A stretch of 46,489 nt of DNA, from the NCBI GenBank assembly GCA_016180645.1, contig JACPAV010000010.1, positions 62,001-108,489 on the forward strand, given 5' to 3'. The DNA is from Nitrospirota bacterium. GTDB taxonomy: Bacteria > JACPQY01. The position numbers and the translations under genes were made by a program. Shown here in pieces: positions 17,700-27,760 of the stretch (the first letter of the stretch is position 1; the number at the start of each line of letters is the position of its first letter). Below the pieces are notes generated by a model. The model saw only the letters and a program-made list of their open reading frames with translations, was not told where the DNA came from and did no database searches.

Positions 17700-18282
17700 T
17701 GTGCTGCGTCTCCTGCGGAGGCTTTCGCAGTCGGGGATGAAAATTCACTACCTGGAAGGCAACCATGATTTCAACCTGCATCCCTACGTGGAGGATGCTT
17801 TGGGATCGGAGGTGAGCCAGGAACTCGAATGGTCGTTCGGGGGTCGCCGGGCGCTGCTGACCCACGGCGACGGACTGGACCCCGGCGATGTGAAGTATCG
17901 CATCCTGAAGCGGATCGTGCGGTCGCCCTTCTTCAGGTTCCTGACGGCCTGCCTGCCCGGTTCCGCCATGTGGCGATTGGGGCTGCAATTCTCCACGGTG
18001 AGCCGGAGTTACCTCGGCCGGGACCGCCCCCAATTAGAGGCCCAAACGGCTTTTGCGCAGGACCGCGTTCGCGCGGGTTACGACGTCGTGATTCTGGGCC
18101 ACGCGCATGTGCCCGGAATCGTGCCCGTGGAATCCAACGGGCGAAAAGGACTGTATGTCAATGTGGGCGACTGGCTCACGAATTTCACCTACGTGGACGT
18201 CCAGGATGGGCGTTTCACGATCAAAACGATGGACGGGCGTCCCCTGGATGCCCGGGTGTCTGCGAACGAGGAGGTCGTATGA
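17521..18282 (+). CDS. lpxH: UDP-2,3-diacylglucosamine diphosphatase (LpxH-like metallophosphoesterase)
   Basis: SDVH, GDLLDLW, EGNHDF, THGD, GHAH, NVGDW motifs. Confidence 0.82.
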   Translation: MLGDLILSDVHLRGEGDPRQSQFVRFMEAKAPEVENLFIAGDLLDLWFGMKPILVREYYPVLRLLRRLSQSGMKIHYLEGNHDFNLHPYVEDALGSEVSQELEWSFGGRRALLTHGDGLDPGDVKYRILKRIVRSPFFRFLTACLPGSAMWRLGLQFSTVSRSYLGRDRPQLEAQTAFAQDRVRAGYDVVILGHAHVPGIVPVESNGRKGLYVNVGDWLTNFTYVDVQDGRFTIKTMDGRPLDARVSANEEVV

Positions 18283-18821
18283 TATCCAAAAGGCTGATCC
18301 CGCATCCCAAGCTGAAACAAATCTTCGGCTGGTTCGTAAAGAAGACCTTCCACGATTTGGAAATCCGGAATGGCGGCGAGTCGTCCTACCTGACAGACCT
18401 GCTCTCGGAATTCGCCCGGTCGGAGCGTGTGTTCAAGGTGCTGGACGCCCAGGGTCGGCCGCTCCGGACCATCGTGGAGCTGCTCGAAGCTCGTCAGAAG
18501 ACCGAAGACCGGCAGGGGATCGAGCTGGATCAGCACATCGGGGACTATTCCCTGTTCATGACGGGCTTCTTTGTCGAGTTTCTTCGCCGCGGCGGTTTTG
18601 TTAATCTGTATCGAGAGGAAGGCATGAGAGCATACTGGCGGCTATCCAATGAAATCCGGTTCTCCGGCATGGAGGGATCCCGTCTGTTCGGCGACCTCGC
18701 GGCCGATTTCGACCGTCTGTCCGCCGCTCTCCATTATCTTCGGAACACTTACATCGGAAAGAAATGGGTGGACGATCCGTCCAAGGACGTGGCCGAGGTG
18801 ATTCCGCTCCATCGCGCATGA
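18279..18821 (+). CDS. Conserved hypothetical protein (180 aa)
   Basis: ATGA overlaps at both ends, GAGGAGG RBS; YLTDLLSEF...HIGDYSLFMTGFF looks like a conserved helical family. Confidence 0.75.
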   Translation: MISKRLIPHPKLKQIFGWFVKKTFHDLEIRNGGESSYLTDLLSEFARSERVFKVLDAQGRPLRTIVELLEARQKTEDRQGIELDQHIGDYSLFMTGFFVEFLRRGGFVNLYREEGMRAYWRLSNEIRFSGMEGSRLFGDLAADFDRLSAALHYLRNTYIGKKWVDDPSKDVAEVIPLHRA

Positions 18822-20035
18822 GCTACCTCAAGGGCCGGACGATCGTTGTAGGCGTTTCCGGAGGGATCGCCGCCTACAAAGTCTGTGAGTTGGTCCGGCT
18901 CTACGCCGATGCGGGCGCGAGCGTTCACGTGGTGATGACGCGCGGGGCGCAGGAGTTCGTGCGGCCGCTGACGTTTGAAACCCTGACGGAGAACCCTGTT
19001 ATGACCGACGTGTTCGCGCTCCAGCAATCGAAGATCTGGCATATCGATCTCCCGGGGAAGGCGGACGCGGTAGTGGTGGCCCCCGCCACGGCCAACATCG
19101 TGGCGAGAATGGCTCAGGGGCTCGCGGACGATCCGGTTACGACGTTCCTGCTCGCCACCAAGGCGCCGGTGTTGGTGGCGCCTGCCATGAACACCAACAT
19201 GCTCGAACACCCGGCCTACCGGCAGAACGAAGCCCGAATCCGCGAGTTCGGTTATGAGGTGATCGAGCCGGGGGAGGGATTTCTGGCCTGCGGGTTTGTG
19301 GGCAAGGGGCGCATGGCGGAGCCGGAGGTCATTCTGAAAGCCACCGAGAAGCGACTGGCGCCCCAAAGCCTGAAGGGCAAGACGGTGCTGGTGACGGCCG
19401 GGCCGACGCGCGAGTATTGGGATTCGGCGCGATTCATTTCGAACCCTTCCTCCGGCCGAATGGGGTATGCGATTGCCCAGGAGGCGTGGTTGCGGGGGGG
19501 GGTGGTCACCCTGGTGGCCGGCCCGGTCGAGCGCGAGAACCCCGTGGGCGTTCGGACGATCCACGTCGAGACCGCCGAGCAGATGATGAGGGAGACTCTG
19601 ACCGCCGGCCGGAAAGCGGATCTCGTGGTCATGGCGGCGGCGGTCGGCGATTTCATTCCGGAGAAGCCGGTGGCGGGAAAGATCAAGAAACGCGAGGCGG
19701 CGGCAAACGGAACCGTTTCGCTGACGCTCCGGACGAATGTGGATATTCTGGAGACTTTGGGCCGAGAGAAAAACGGGACCTTGCTCGTGGGATTTGCCGC
19801 GGAGCCGGCGGGCCTCGTGTCCGCCGCCGGGTCCAAGCTGAAGGAGAAGAACTTGGATCTGCTCGTGGCCAATCCCATCGATGGAGCGGAGAGGGCCTTT
19901 GAATCGGAGGATAACCACGTTACGTTGTTCTGGCGCGACGGACGAACCGAGGATTGGCCGAGGCTGCCGAAGGACGAGGTGGCCAGACGGCTTCTCGAAC
20001 GCGTGAGCGCCATGCTTCTTGACTCTCGTCGCTAG
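18818..20035 (+). CDS. coaBC: Phosphopantothenoylcysteine decarboxylase/ligase
   Basis: GVSGGIAAYK, APATAN, PAMN, LACG..GKGRM, TAGPTRE, SNPSSGRMG, AAAVGD, VGFAAE. Confidence 0.97.
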   Translation: MSYLKGRTIVVGVSGGIAAYKVCELVRLYADAGASVHVVMTRGAQEFVRPLTFETLTENPVMTDVFALQQSKIWHIDLPGKADAVVVAPATANIVARMAQGLADDPVTTFLLATKAPVLVAPAMNTNMLEHPAYRQNEARIREFGYEVIEPGEGFLACGFVGKGRMAEPEVILKATEKRLAPQSLKGKTVLVTAGPTREYWDSARFISNPSSGRMGYAIAQEAWLRGGVVTLVAGPVERENPVGVRTIHVETAEQMMRETLTAGRKADLVVMAAAVGDFIPEKPVAGKIKKREAAANGTVSLTLRTNVDILETLGREKNGTLLVGFAAEPAGLVSAAGSKLKEKNLDLLVANPIDGAERAFESEDNHVTLFWRDGRTEDWPRLPKDEVARRLLERVSAMLLDSRR

Positions 20036-20053
20036 TGGGCGAACAATAGGACT

Positions 20054-20248
20054 ATGGCAGATCGAATTGAAGGTTTCGATACGGGCGGGGGCCTGAGGTC
20101 CAGTGCTCGAGTGCAGCAGGGGGACGAGGATCGTCAGCGCAGGGCGGCGGAGGCTGAGGATCGTCGCCGGAGAGAAGACCAGGCCGAAGCGCTAAGGCAA
20201 GCGGAGCAGTCTCGTGGCCGCGGCCGGCAGCTCGACACCCTCGCCTAA
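20054..20248 (+). CDS. Small charged hypothetical protein (64 aa)
   Basis: Fills the gap exactly; own TTGACT-N17-AACAAT promoter candidate; coiled-coil-like middle, C-terminal GRGRQLDTLA. Confidence 0.55.
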   Translation: MADRIEGFDTGGGLRSSARVQQGDEDRQRRAAEAEDRRRREDQAEALRQAEQSRGRGRQLDTLA

Positions 20249-21186
20249 CTTCGACTCTTTCGAATCACCTTCAGGGCCCCCGGCACAATCTCAAACGTGG
20301 CCGGGAGTGTTCCGGGCTGTTCGCCATCCAAATCGATCAGCACTCGTTCGTCCGATTCGACGTCCATCCGCGTCGTTCGGTAGAAGTGAATCGCAGGGTT
20401 CGGGAGCACCTCGGTGGTTTCGTAGAGTTTCGACAGATTGCGAACGATCGTCAGCGGAGACATGGCATCGAGGACGATGACGTCGAAGAGGCCGTCGTCC
20501 AGGATGGCCTTCGGCGCCCCACGCATCCCTCCGCCAAAGTACTGTCCGTTGCCTATGATCACGGCGGTGATCTTCTGATCGAAGGAATGGCCGTCGAATT
20601 TCATCCGGATGGATTTTGGACGGTAGGAAAAAAGCGAGACGAGGGTGTTGATGTAGAAGGTAAAGAAACTTCCGAGCCATTTCGGCGACCGATTCGCGCG
20701 GTCCACCACTTCGCCGCCGAGGCCGAAATCGGCGATGTTGATAAAAGCGCGCGAGGTGGGCCGACCTTCATGATTCCTCAGGCGCGCCACGCCGAGGTCG
20801 GTGGGGAGGGGAGGAGCGGAGGCCAAGAAGGCGAGGGCCGCCTGAGGTTCCCGTGGGACTCCGATGGATCGGATAAAGTCCGAGCCGGTGCCGAGCGGAA
20901 CGACTCCCATGGCGGTGTCGGACTTGCCCGCGAGGTAAAACCCATGGGCGACCTCGTTGATCGTTCCATCCCCTCCAACGGCCACTACGACGGTGAAACC
21001 TTGCTTGACCGCCTCAGCGGTGAGGTCCGGAATGTCGCCGCGCGTACGGGAGGTCCTCAGCTCGAAGGATGAGAAGCGCTGATCGAGTTCTTTCTGGAGG
21101 TGCGGCAACTGTTTTCCGAGGCGACCGGCCCCGGCCGAGGGATTGGCAATGAAGCAGAACGACCTGGCCGGAGCTTCGGGGGTCAT
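20245..21186 (-). CDS. Diacylglycerol/lipid kinase family (YegS/BmrU)
   Basis: ANPSAG, VGGDGTINEV, PLGTGSDF, NGQYFGGGM, DDGLFD, DLDGE. Confidence 0.93.
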   Translation of the reverse strand: MTPEAPARSFCFIANPSAGAGRLGKQLPHLQKELDQRFSSFELRTSRTRGDIPDLTAEAVKQGFTVVVAVGGDGTINEVAHGFYLAGKSDTAMGVVPLGTGSDFIRSIGVPREPQAALAFLASAPPLPTDLGVARLRNHEGRPTSRAFINIADFGLGGEVVDRANRSPKWLGSFFTFYINTLVSLFSYRPKSIRMKFDGHSFDQKITAVIIGNGQYFGGGMRGAPKAILDDGLFDVIVLDAMSPLTIVRNLSKLYETTEVLPNPAIHFYRTTRMDVESDERVLIDLDGEQPGTLPATFEIVPGALKVIRKSRS

Positions 21187-21236
21187 CCCACCATCCGTCT
21201 GAGATTTGACATTTGAGATTTCAGAGGTGGTGGGAT
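21185..21236. repeat. Intergenic hairpin with AAT(C/G)TCA heptamer core
   Basis: ATCCCACCA/TGGTGGGAT and TCTGA/TCAGA arms; core related to 41998..42025. Confidence 0.65.
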
Positions 21237-21985
21237 CACGGAAAAGTCATCCTGGCCGCCGATCCCAGCCATTCCATCTGATCCACCTTCTTGCCTTCGT
21301 AGTAGACATCCAAGGCCCTGGGTTTGAAAAGGATCAATCGAATCTTTCTCCGGCCGGAGAGCCGTTTCCTTTCGCCTTCCCGGAGAAACAGTTTCTGCGG
21401 CTCCTCGCCATCCACTTGGTATTCCACCGAGGTGAATTCGCGGCATACCAGTTCGACGGAAACCTTTCCCTGCGCCTCGCCGTTGCCGCCCAGGGCGGTC
21501 ACGGTAACGGCGGATTTGCGAGGGGCAAGTCCCCAGACGGCCAATCCGAGAATGATGAACAGGATACCCCCCACGAGAAGCAGTCTGCGCCGATCCATGG
21601 CCCAGGGGGAGGGGCCGGCGTCGGACGTGTTTCTCCGGAACGTCATGAAAAGGGCGATGACTTCGGCCCAGGACTGCGGGTCTTCGCCAAGAACCGTGAG
21701 GATCTCTCTGAGATGCGCGCGGAAGTAGATTTCGGGAAGGGTGACCGGTGCGTCGTCATTCTCGATCGCCTGAAGGGTGGCGGATGAGATCTTGGTCCGG
21801 ACGGAAAGATCGTTCAGGGTGATCCCCGCGGCCTCGCGCTTCTCCCTCAGTCGCGCGCCCAGCGGGGGGGGGGGCGAGGCATGGGGGGGTCGGCCCGGGA
21901 GGTTCCGGGAGGGTCCACGGGAGGTCGCCTTTTCGACCCGGCCGAGGAGGTGGAGCGGGCTCCGGGATTCCGTGGTGACGGTCAC
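21236..21985 (-). CDS. rodZ: RodZ-like protein (HTH_25 + TM + DUF4115-like)
   Basis: LGARLREKREAAGITLNDLSVRTKIS..LQAIEND...LPEIYFRAHL, single TM, beta-rich C-terminus. Confidence 0.7.
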   Translation of the reverse strand: MTVTTESRSPLHLLGRVEKATSRGPSRNLPGRPPHASPPPPLGARLREKREAAGITLNDLSVRTKISSATLQAIENDDAPVTLPEIYFRAHLREILTVLGEDPQSWAEVIALFMTFRRNTSDAGPSPWAMDRRRLLLVGGILFIILGLAVWGLAPRKSAVTVTALGGNGEAQGKVSVELVCREFTSVEYQVDGEEPQKLFLREGERKRLSGRRKIRLILFKPRALDVYYEGKKVDQMEWLGSAARMTFP

Positions 21986-22737
21986 TTCAACAGTTCGAGT
22001 TTGCTACGCGCTTGGCGGGCGAAATCGCTGTAGGGCGCGAGACGGATCACTTCCTGGTATTCGACCTTGGCCGATTCCTTCCGGCCGGTCTCGGCGAGGA
22101 GATCCCCCATGTTGAAGTGGGCCTCCACATAGTCGGGGTTCAACTTGAGCGATTGCCGGAAGGCGTCCTCGGCATCCGCGTTTTTCTTCACGCATCGCAG
22201 GGCAAGTCCCATGCTGTTGAGCAGGAACGAATGTTCCGGACGGAATCTCAGGCCGTTTCGAGCCGCGGCCAGCGCCTGGTCGCAATCGTGTTTCAAGTAG
22301 TACGTGTAGCTCAGGTTCTGGTAGACATTTTCGGGAGCGGGATAGAGGACGTTCGAGAGCGCCGCCTGGAATTCTTGAATGGCGCTGTCGTGCCGGCCGA
22401 GGCCGGCATAGATCACACCCAGTCTGTTGTGGGCCTCGGCGTAGTCTTTCTTCAGTTCGACGGCCCGCTTGAGATGCTCGATGGCCTCACCCGTCCGCCC
22501 GATGCCCTGGTAGGCGATGCCCATATCGAACTGGATGACCGCATCCTTGGGATTCAGTTTCTCCGCCTTCATCAATTCCTCAAGGGCGGGGGTATAGTTG
22601 CGCTCGGAAAGGTAGGATTCGGCCACACGCTGGTGGACGAGTGCCTTCTGGTTCGAACCGCAGCCGGACGCGGCGACACCGACCCACACAACGGCGGCCA
22701 AGCCACGGCTTGACAAGGTTCGGAACGCGTCTATCAT
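21982..22737 (-). CDS. TPR lipoprotein (PilF/PilW-like)
   Basis: Lipobox ASGC, multiple TPRs (YAEAHNRLG, EAHFNMG), LY.APENVYQNL typical of PilF/PilW; start uncertain (22716-22767). Confidence 0.75.
   Translation of the reverse strand: MIDAFRTLSSRGLAAVVWVGVAASGCGSNQKALVHQRVAESYLSERNYTPALEELMKAEKLNPKDAVIQFDMGIAYQGIGRTGEAIEHLKRAVELKKDYAEAHNRLGVIYAGLGRHDSAIQEFQAALSNVLYPAPENVYQNLSYTYYLKHDCDQALAAARNGLRFRPEHSFLLNSMGLALRCVKKNADAEDAFRQSLKLNPDYVEAHFNMGDLLAETGRKESAKVEYQEVIRLAPYSDFARQARSKLELLK
22710..22737 (+). promoter_or_regulatory. sigma70-like promoter for fur
   Basis: TTGACA (22710) N16 TATCAT (22732). Confidence 0.6.
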
Positions 22738-22753
22738 GGTTTTCGATATCTCC

Positions 22754-23176
22754 ATGATCCCCAACAATCAGGTCGGAAGCCTTTTTCGACAGAACGGACT
22801 TCGGCTGACCAAGCAGCGCCAGGCCATCATCAACATCTTCCTTCGTTCACGCAAGCACCTCAGTGTGGAGGAACTCTACCAGCGGGTGAAAAAACTGTCG
22901 CCCTCCATCGGGTATGCCACCGTGTATCGCACGGTCAAGGTCCTTACCCGGGCCAATCTGGCCGAGGAGCGGCAATTTGGGGATGGCCGCTCCCGCTTCG
23001 AGAGCGCGATGGAGAAGAAGCATCATGACCACCTCATCTGCGTGAAGTGTGGAAAGATCGTCGAGTTTGAAAACGACCAGATCGAGCAGTTGCAAGAGGC
23101 GGCGGCGCGGCACCGCGGCTTCAAAGTGCTCAGCCACAAGCTCGAACTCTACGGCCACTGCCCCTCCTGCCAGTAG
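22754..23176 (+). CDS. fur: Fur family transcriptional regulator
   Basis: GLRLTKQR, HLSVEELY, IGYATVYRT, HHDHLICVKCG, LYGHCPSC. Confidence 0.95.
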   Translation: MIPNNQVGSLFRQNGLRLTKQRQAIINIFLRSRKHLSVEELYQRVKKLSPSIGYATVYRTVKVLTRANLAEERQFGDGRSRFESAMEKKHHDHLICVKCGKIVEFENDQIEQLQEAAARHRGFKVLSHKLELYGHCPSCQ

Positions 23177-23206
23177 CTCCGGCCCCCCTCCAATCCTCCA
23201 CCCGCA

Positions 23207-23758
23207 CTAGATCCGCGGCAGCGTGATGCCGACCTGCGACTGGTACTTGCCTTTTCGATCTTTATAGGTGGTCTCGGGCGCCTCGGAGCCTTCAAAGAAG
23301 ATCACTTGGGCCAGGCCCTCGTTGGCATAAATTCGCGCGGGGAGGGGGGTGGTGTTCGAAATTTCAAGAGTCACATATCCTTCCCATCCGGGTTCCAGGG
23401 GTGTGACGTTGGTGATGATTCCGCACCGGGCATAGGTGGACTTGCCGACGCAAATGGTCATCGTGTTCTGAGGGATCTTGAAGAACTCGACGCTCCGGGC
23501 GAGGGCGAAGGAATTCGGAGGAACGATGCAGCAGGCGCCCTTGAAGTCGATGAACGAGGCCGGGTCGAAGTGCTTGGGATCGACAATGGTGGTGTTGATA
23601 TTGGTGAAGATCTTGAATTCATCGGCGACGCGGAGATCGTAGCCGTAGGAGGACAGGCCGTAGGAAATGACGTCGGTTCGGACCTGTTTTTCGACGAAGG
23701 GATGGATCATGTCCTTCTCGCGCGCCATTTTCCGGATCCATCGATCGTTGCAGATCAT
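23207..23758 (-). CDS. dcd: dCTP deaminase
   Basis: [41 protein letters not shown] 23758 with AAGGAAG RBS. Confidence 0.97.
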   Translation of the reverse strand: MICNDRWIRKMAREKDMIHPFVEKQVRTDVISYGLSSYGYDLRVADEFKIFTNINTTIVDPKHFDPASFIDFKGACCIVPPNSFALARSVEFFKIPQNTMTICVGKSTYARCGIITNVTPLEPGWEGYVTLEISNTTPLPARIYANEGLAQVIFFEGSEAPETTYKDRKGKYQSQVGITLPRI

Positions 23759-23792
23759 GATCTCTTCCTTGAACCGGGGAGGGTATGACAAT

Positions 23793-24545
23793 TCATCTAT
23801 GTGGCCGTTTCTGTTTCGCGAATTCGTATAGCATGATCGCTGCGGCAACGGAAACGTTCATCGAATCGAGTCGCGGGTCTTGAGCAATGGACACCAGGGC
23901 GTCGCAGCGCTTCTTGGTGAGTTCGCGAAGCCCCTCGCCTTCCTCCCCCACCACCAGAGCCAGCGGTTCTCCCGCATCGATGGGTGAGGCATCCACGGGG
24001 GCGCCACCGGGATCCGCCCCGAGCACCCTGAACCCGGCCGATTGGAGCGCGGTGATGGTCTGGGCCATGTTGGCCACGAGAACGATGGGGATGTGCCAGG
24101 CGGTCCCGGCGGACGTGCGGATGACCGTCTCCGTAATCTGCGCCGCGCGATCTTTGGGAAGGACCACGGCGGCACAGCCCAGGGCAAAAGCCGTTCGAAT
24201 GATGGCGCCTACGTTACGGGGATCGAGCAGGTGGTCGAGCAACACCCAAAGATCCTGAAGTCCCGCTTTCTCAAGGCATTGATCAAGAGTTTGGTACGGG
24301 AACGATTCCGCAAGAGCCACGATTCCCTGGGCATGTCGGTCGGGGTAGCGGCGGTGGAACTCGCGGGGGTCGAGCACCAGGATGCGGACTCCCGCCCGTC
24401 CCGCGTCTTCCAGCAGAGTTTCGAGGCGCCGCTCCTGAACTCCCTGCCGGATCTGAATCTCTCTCAGGCGAGTCCGCTTGGAGGAGAGGGCCTCCGCCAC
24501 CGTGTGGGGACCGAACAGAATCAAGTCCGAGTGGGGAGGTCTCAA
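23793..24545 (-). CDS. rlmB: 23S rRNA Gm2251 methyltransferase (TrmH/SpoU family)
   Basis: [38 protein letters not shown] 24545 overlaps the pyrF stop. Confidence 0.9.
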   Translation of the reverse strand: MRPPHSDLILFGPHTVAEALSSKRTRLREIQIRQGVQERRLETLLEDAGRAGVRILVLDPREFHRRYPDRHAQGIVALAESFPYQTLDQCLEKAGLQDLWVLLDHLLDPRNVGAIIRTAFALGCAAVVLPKDRAAQITETVIRTSAGTAWHIPIVLVANMAQTITALQSAGFRVLGADPGGAPVDASPIDAGEPLALVVGEEGEGLRELTKKRCDALVSIAQDPRLDSMNVSVAAAIMLYEFAKQKRPHR

Positions 24546-25255
24546 TTTGCGGGGAGGGAGCCGAGGATCGATTCGAGCGTTCGGACCGGGTCCGGAGAAC
24601 TCCAGACCGGCCGGCCGATCACGAGGTAGTCTGCGCCCCATTCGACGGCCTGCTGGGGCGTGGCTTTCCGCTTCTGATCGTCGGCTGGGGAATCCGGCAA
24701 TCGAATGCCGGGAGTGACGAGGAGGAACTCCTTGCCGCAACCTCGTCGAACCACCGGGATTTCGTGCGGAGAGCACACCGCTCCGTCCAAGCCGCACCGA
24801 TGGGCCAGCTTGGCGAGGCGCTCGACGATTTGGGTGAGGGGATGCGCGACGCCAAGATGTTCCAGGTCGAGCTGACTGAGGGAGGTGAGGAGGGTTACGG
24901 CAATCAGGCGCGGTCTCGCCACGCCGATCTTCCCGGCTTCATCCGTGACCGCTTCCGCGGCCGCCCGCATCATCGGTTCACCCCCCTGGGCGTGAACGTT
25001 CACGATGTCCACCTGCATCCGGACAACCTCGCGCAAGGCACGGGAGACGGTGACCGGCACATCGTGGAATTTCAGATCAAGAAAAACCCGAAGTCCCTGC
25101 CGCTTGAGCTCCGCCACGGCGCGTGAGCCTTCGGTGGTGAAGAGTTCACTCCCGATCTTGAAAAAATCGACCAGCCCTTTCACGGCCTTCACCCACTCCA
25201 TGGCTTCGTGGAGAGAAGCGGTGTCGAGCGCGAGAATAATCCTGTTAGTGGGCAA
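24542..25255 (-). CDS. pyrF: Orotidine-5'-phosphate decarboxylase
   Basis: [41 protein letters not shown]. Confidence 0.97.
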   Translation of the reverse strand: MPTNRIILALDTASLHEAMEWVKAVKGLVDFFKIGSELFTTEGSRAVAELKRQGLRVFLDLKFHDVPVTVSRALREVVRMQVDIVNVHAQGGEPMMRAAAEAVTDEAGKIGVARPRLIAVTLLTSLSQLDLEHLGVAHPLTQIVERLAKLAHRCGLDGAVCSPHEIPVVRRGCGKEFLLVTPGIRLPDSPADDQKRKATPQQAVEWGADYLVIGRPVWSSPDPVRTLESILGSLPAN

Positions 25256-26525
25256 GAGCCTCCCGAACCTTCTGCACGGTCTCCTCGGGCGTGATCTCCT
25301 GACTCGGCCCGCCGCGACGGAGTTTGAGTTCCAGCCGGCCTTTCTCGATGAGCCGTTTTCCGACCACCAGTTTCACGGGAATGCCGGTGAGATCGCCGTC
25401 TTTGAACTTCACGCCGGCCCGCTCGTTGCGATCGTCGAATAGGATCTCCAGCCCGGTGTCCGTCAGTGCCCGTTCGATTTCCGCCGCCTTTTCGACGGGC
25501 GCACCCTCCGGAACGGCCGTCGTGATCAGCACGTCATAGGGAGCGATCGCTCGCGGGAAGTACGGTCCGTCCGCGTCGTGGTTTTGTTCGATCGCGGCGG
25601 CCAATGTGCGACCGATCCCGATGCCATAGCATCCCATGACGATGACGCGCTCCGAGCCGGTTTCATCCAAGTAGACCGCCTTCATGGATTTGGAATACTT
25701 CTCCCCGAGCTTGAAGACGTGGCCGACTTCGATGCCCCGCGTCAGCCGCGCTTGCTTCCCGCATTTGGGGCATGGACCCGCCGAAGCGACCGGGGCTGAT
25801 TCCGCCTTTGTCCCCGCCGTTAATTCCACATTCGCGGCAAAAGGGCACGCATCGCAGACGATCATTTGATCCTCTCCCGTGTCGGCGAGGACCATGAATT
25901 CGTGCGAGAAACTTCCACCGATGTTTCCCGTCGCCGCCTCGACCATCTGAAAACGCAGGCCGCAGCGCTGGAAAATCCGGTGGTAGGCCTCTGACATTCG
26001 CTGATAAGTGCCCTCGGCATCTTTTTCAGTGCGGTCGAAGCTGTAGGCATCCTTCATGACGAATTCGCGCCCGCGCATCAGGCCGAATCGGGGCCGCACT
26101 TCGTCTCTGAACTTGGTCTGAATCTGATAGAGAGTCACCGGCAACTGGCGGTGCGAGCGTACGTCGCGGCGGACCAGATCGGTGATGACCTCTTCATGCG
26201 TGGGGCCGAGGCAGAACCAGCGTTCGTGACGGTCCTGGAAGCGCAAAAGTTCCTTTCCGTAGACGTCCCAGCGTCCCGTTTCCTGCCAGAGTTCGGCGGG
26301 GATGACCATCGGCATGACCACCTCCTGCGCGCCTGTGCGGTTCATCTCTTCACGCACGATGTTTTCGATCTTGCGGATGCTTCGCAGTCCGAGGGGCAGC
26401 AGATTGTAGACCCCGGCCGCCACCTTCCGGATCATGCCCGCCTTGAGCATGATTCGATGACTGACCACCTCGGCATCCGAGGGGTCCTCCCGAAGTGTCG
26501 GTATGTAGGCTTGGCTCCAGCGCAT
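25245..26525 (-). CDS. proS: Prolyl-tRNA synthetase (bacterial type, short form)
   Basis: [50 protein letters not shown]; only 426 aa. Confidence 0.97.
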   Translation of the reverse strand: MRWSQAYIPTLREDPSDAEVVSHRIMLKAGMIRKVAAGVYNLLPLGLRSIRKIENIVREEMNRTGAQEVVMPMVIPAELWQETGRWDVYGKELLRFQDRHERWFCLGPTHEEVITDLVRRDVRSHRQLPVTLYQIQTKFRDEVRPRFGLMRGREFVMKDAYSFDRTEKDAEGTYQRMSEAYHRIFQRCGLRFQMVEAATGNIGGSFSHEFMVLADTGEDQMIVCDACPFAANVELTAGTKAESAPVASAGPCPKCGKQARLTRGIEVGHVFKLGEKYSKSMKAVYLDETGSERVIVMGCYGIGIGRTLAAAIEQNHDADGPYFPRAIAPYDVLITTAVPEGAPVEKAAEIERALTDTGLEILFDDRNERAGVKFKDGDLTGIPVKLVVGKRLIEKGRLELKLRRGGPSQEITPEETVQKVREALAH

Positions 26526-26608
26526 GATTAGGAAATGGGTCTAGTGCACAAGGGGTCGAGTGGTCAAGTGGATTCTACATCCGGGCGCAGACGTCATGGA
26601 GTACTCGA

Positions 26609-27760
26609 TCACTTGATCACTCGTTCACTTCTCCGAGCGGCGGCGATCTTTTCGACCTCATCCACAAGGACGTCCACCATCTCCTCTTCCTTGATCTTGC
26701 GGACGAACTTGCCGTCTTTGACCAGCATGCCGACGCCCTTGCCTCCGGCGATGCCGACATCCGCCTCGCGCGCTTCACCCGGGCCGTTCACCACGCACCC
26801 GAGCACCGCCACGTTGACCGGCTCCTGGATGTGGGCGAGGCGTTCTTCGAGTTCTTCCGAGAGCTTGAACAGGTCGATCTCGATGCGGCCGCACGTGGGG
26901 CAGGTAATGAGGTTGATGCCCCGCTCGCGAATCTTGAGCGCCTTCAGGATTTCGTAGGCCGCCTTCACTTCATGAACCGGGTCTTCCGTTAGCGAAACGC
27001 GGATGGTGTCTCCGATGCCTTCGAGAAGGAGGACGCCCATCGCGATGGCGGATTTGATGTGTCCCGCTTGTCCACGGCCGGCCTCCGTCAGCCCGAGGTG
27101 CAACGGGTAGTCGAGTGCGCTGGAAAGCTGCCTGTAGGCGTCGATCATCGTGAGCACGTCGGTGGATTTCACCGAAATCTTGATGTCCTGAAAACCGACG
27201 TCCTCAAGGATCCGAACGTTTCGGATCGCGCTTTCGACGAGGGCGGGGGCCGTCACTTTGAATTGATACTTTTGTAGGATGTCCTCCTCGAGCGAACCCG
27301 AGTTCACGCCGACCCGAATCGGCACGTGCGCCTCTTGGGCCGCCCGCACCACTTGCTTGAGCCGGTCGATCCCGCCGATGTTGCCCGGATTAATCCGAAT
27401 GCACTCCATCCCCTGCTCGATGGCTTTCAAGGCGAGCTTGTAGTGGAAATGGATGTCCGCCACCATTGGAATGCCGATTTCCTTCCGGATGGAGCCGAGA
27501 ACGTTGGCGGAATCCTCGTCCGGCACCGCCACCCGAACAATTTCGCAGCCGGCCTTTTCCAGCCGGTGAATTTGTTCGACGGTGGCCTTGACATCGGACG
27601 TATTTGTGGAGGTCATGGACTGCACGATGACCGGCGCGCCGCCGCCGATGAGGACGTTTCCAACCCGGATCTGCCGCGTTGCCCGGCGTGACCCCGCACT
27701 TGCGGCCGGCGGAGAAGCGGCGGGAACCATGGCTGGAGTCGGCTGTGGCCGTCCCATCAC
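26609..27760 (-). CDS. ispG: 4-hydroxy-3-methylbut-2-en-1-yl diphosphate synthase
   Basis: VQSMT, ADIHF, RINPGNIG, HLGLTEAG, GDTIRVSL, CPTCGR, GCVVNGPGEA. Confidence 0.98.
   Translation of the reverse strand: MMGRPQPTPAMVPAASPPAASAGSRRATRQIRVGNVLIGGGAPVIVQSMTSTNTSDVKATVEQIHRLEKAGCEIVRVAVPDEDSANVLGSIRKEIGIPMVADIHFHYKLALKAIEQGMECIRINPGNIGGIDRLKQVVRAAQEAHVPIRVGVNSGSLEEDILQKYQFKVTAPALVESAIRNVRILEDVGFQDIKISVKSTDVLTMIDAYRQLSSALDYPLHLGLTEAGRGQAGHIKSAIAMGVLLLEGIGDTIRVSLTEDPVHEVKAAYEILKALKIRERGINLITCPTCGRIEIDLFKLSEELEERLAHIQEPVNVAVLGCVVNGPGEAREADVGIAGGKGVGMLVKDGKFVRKIKEEEMVDVLVDEVEKIAAARRSERVIK

Noticed and set aside
18749-19918. 389-aa antisense ORF over coaBC, and similar long antisense ORFs at 29135..30238, 33545..35311 and 37624..38988
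   Set aside because: Typical antisense shadows of high-GC genes; no motifs.
21861-21890. G homopolymer runs as phase-variation tracts (also 15544, 35362, 37609)
   Set aside because: Frames are intact and such runs are expected at this GC content; no evidence without read-level length variation.
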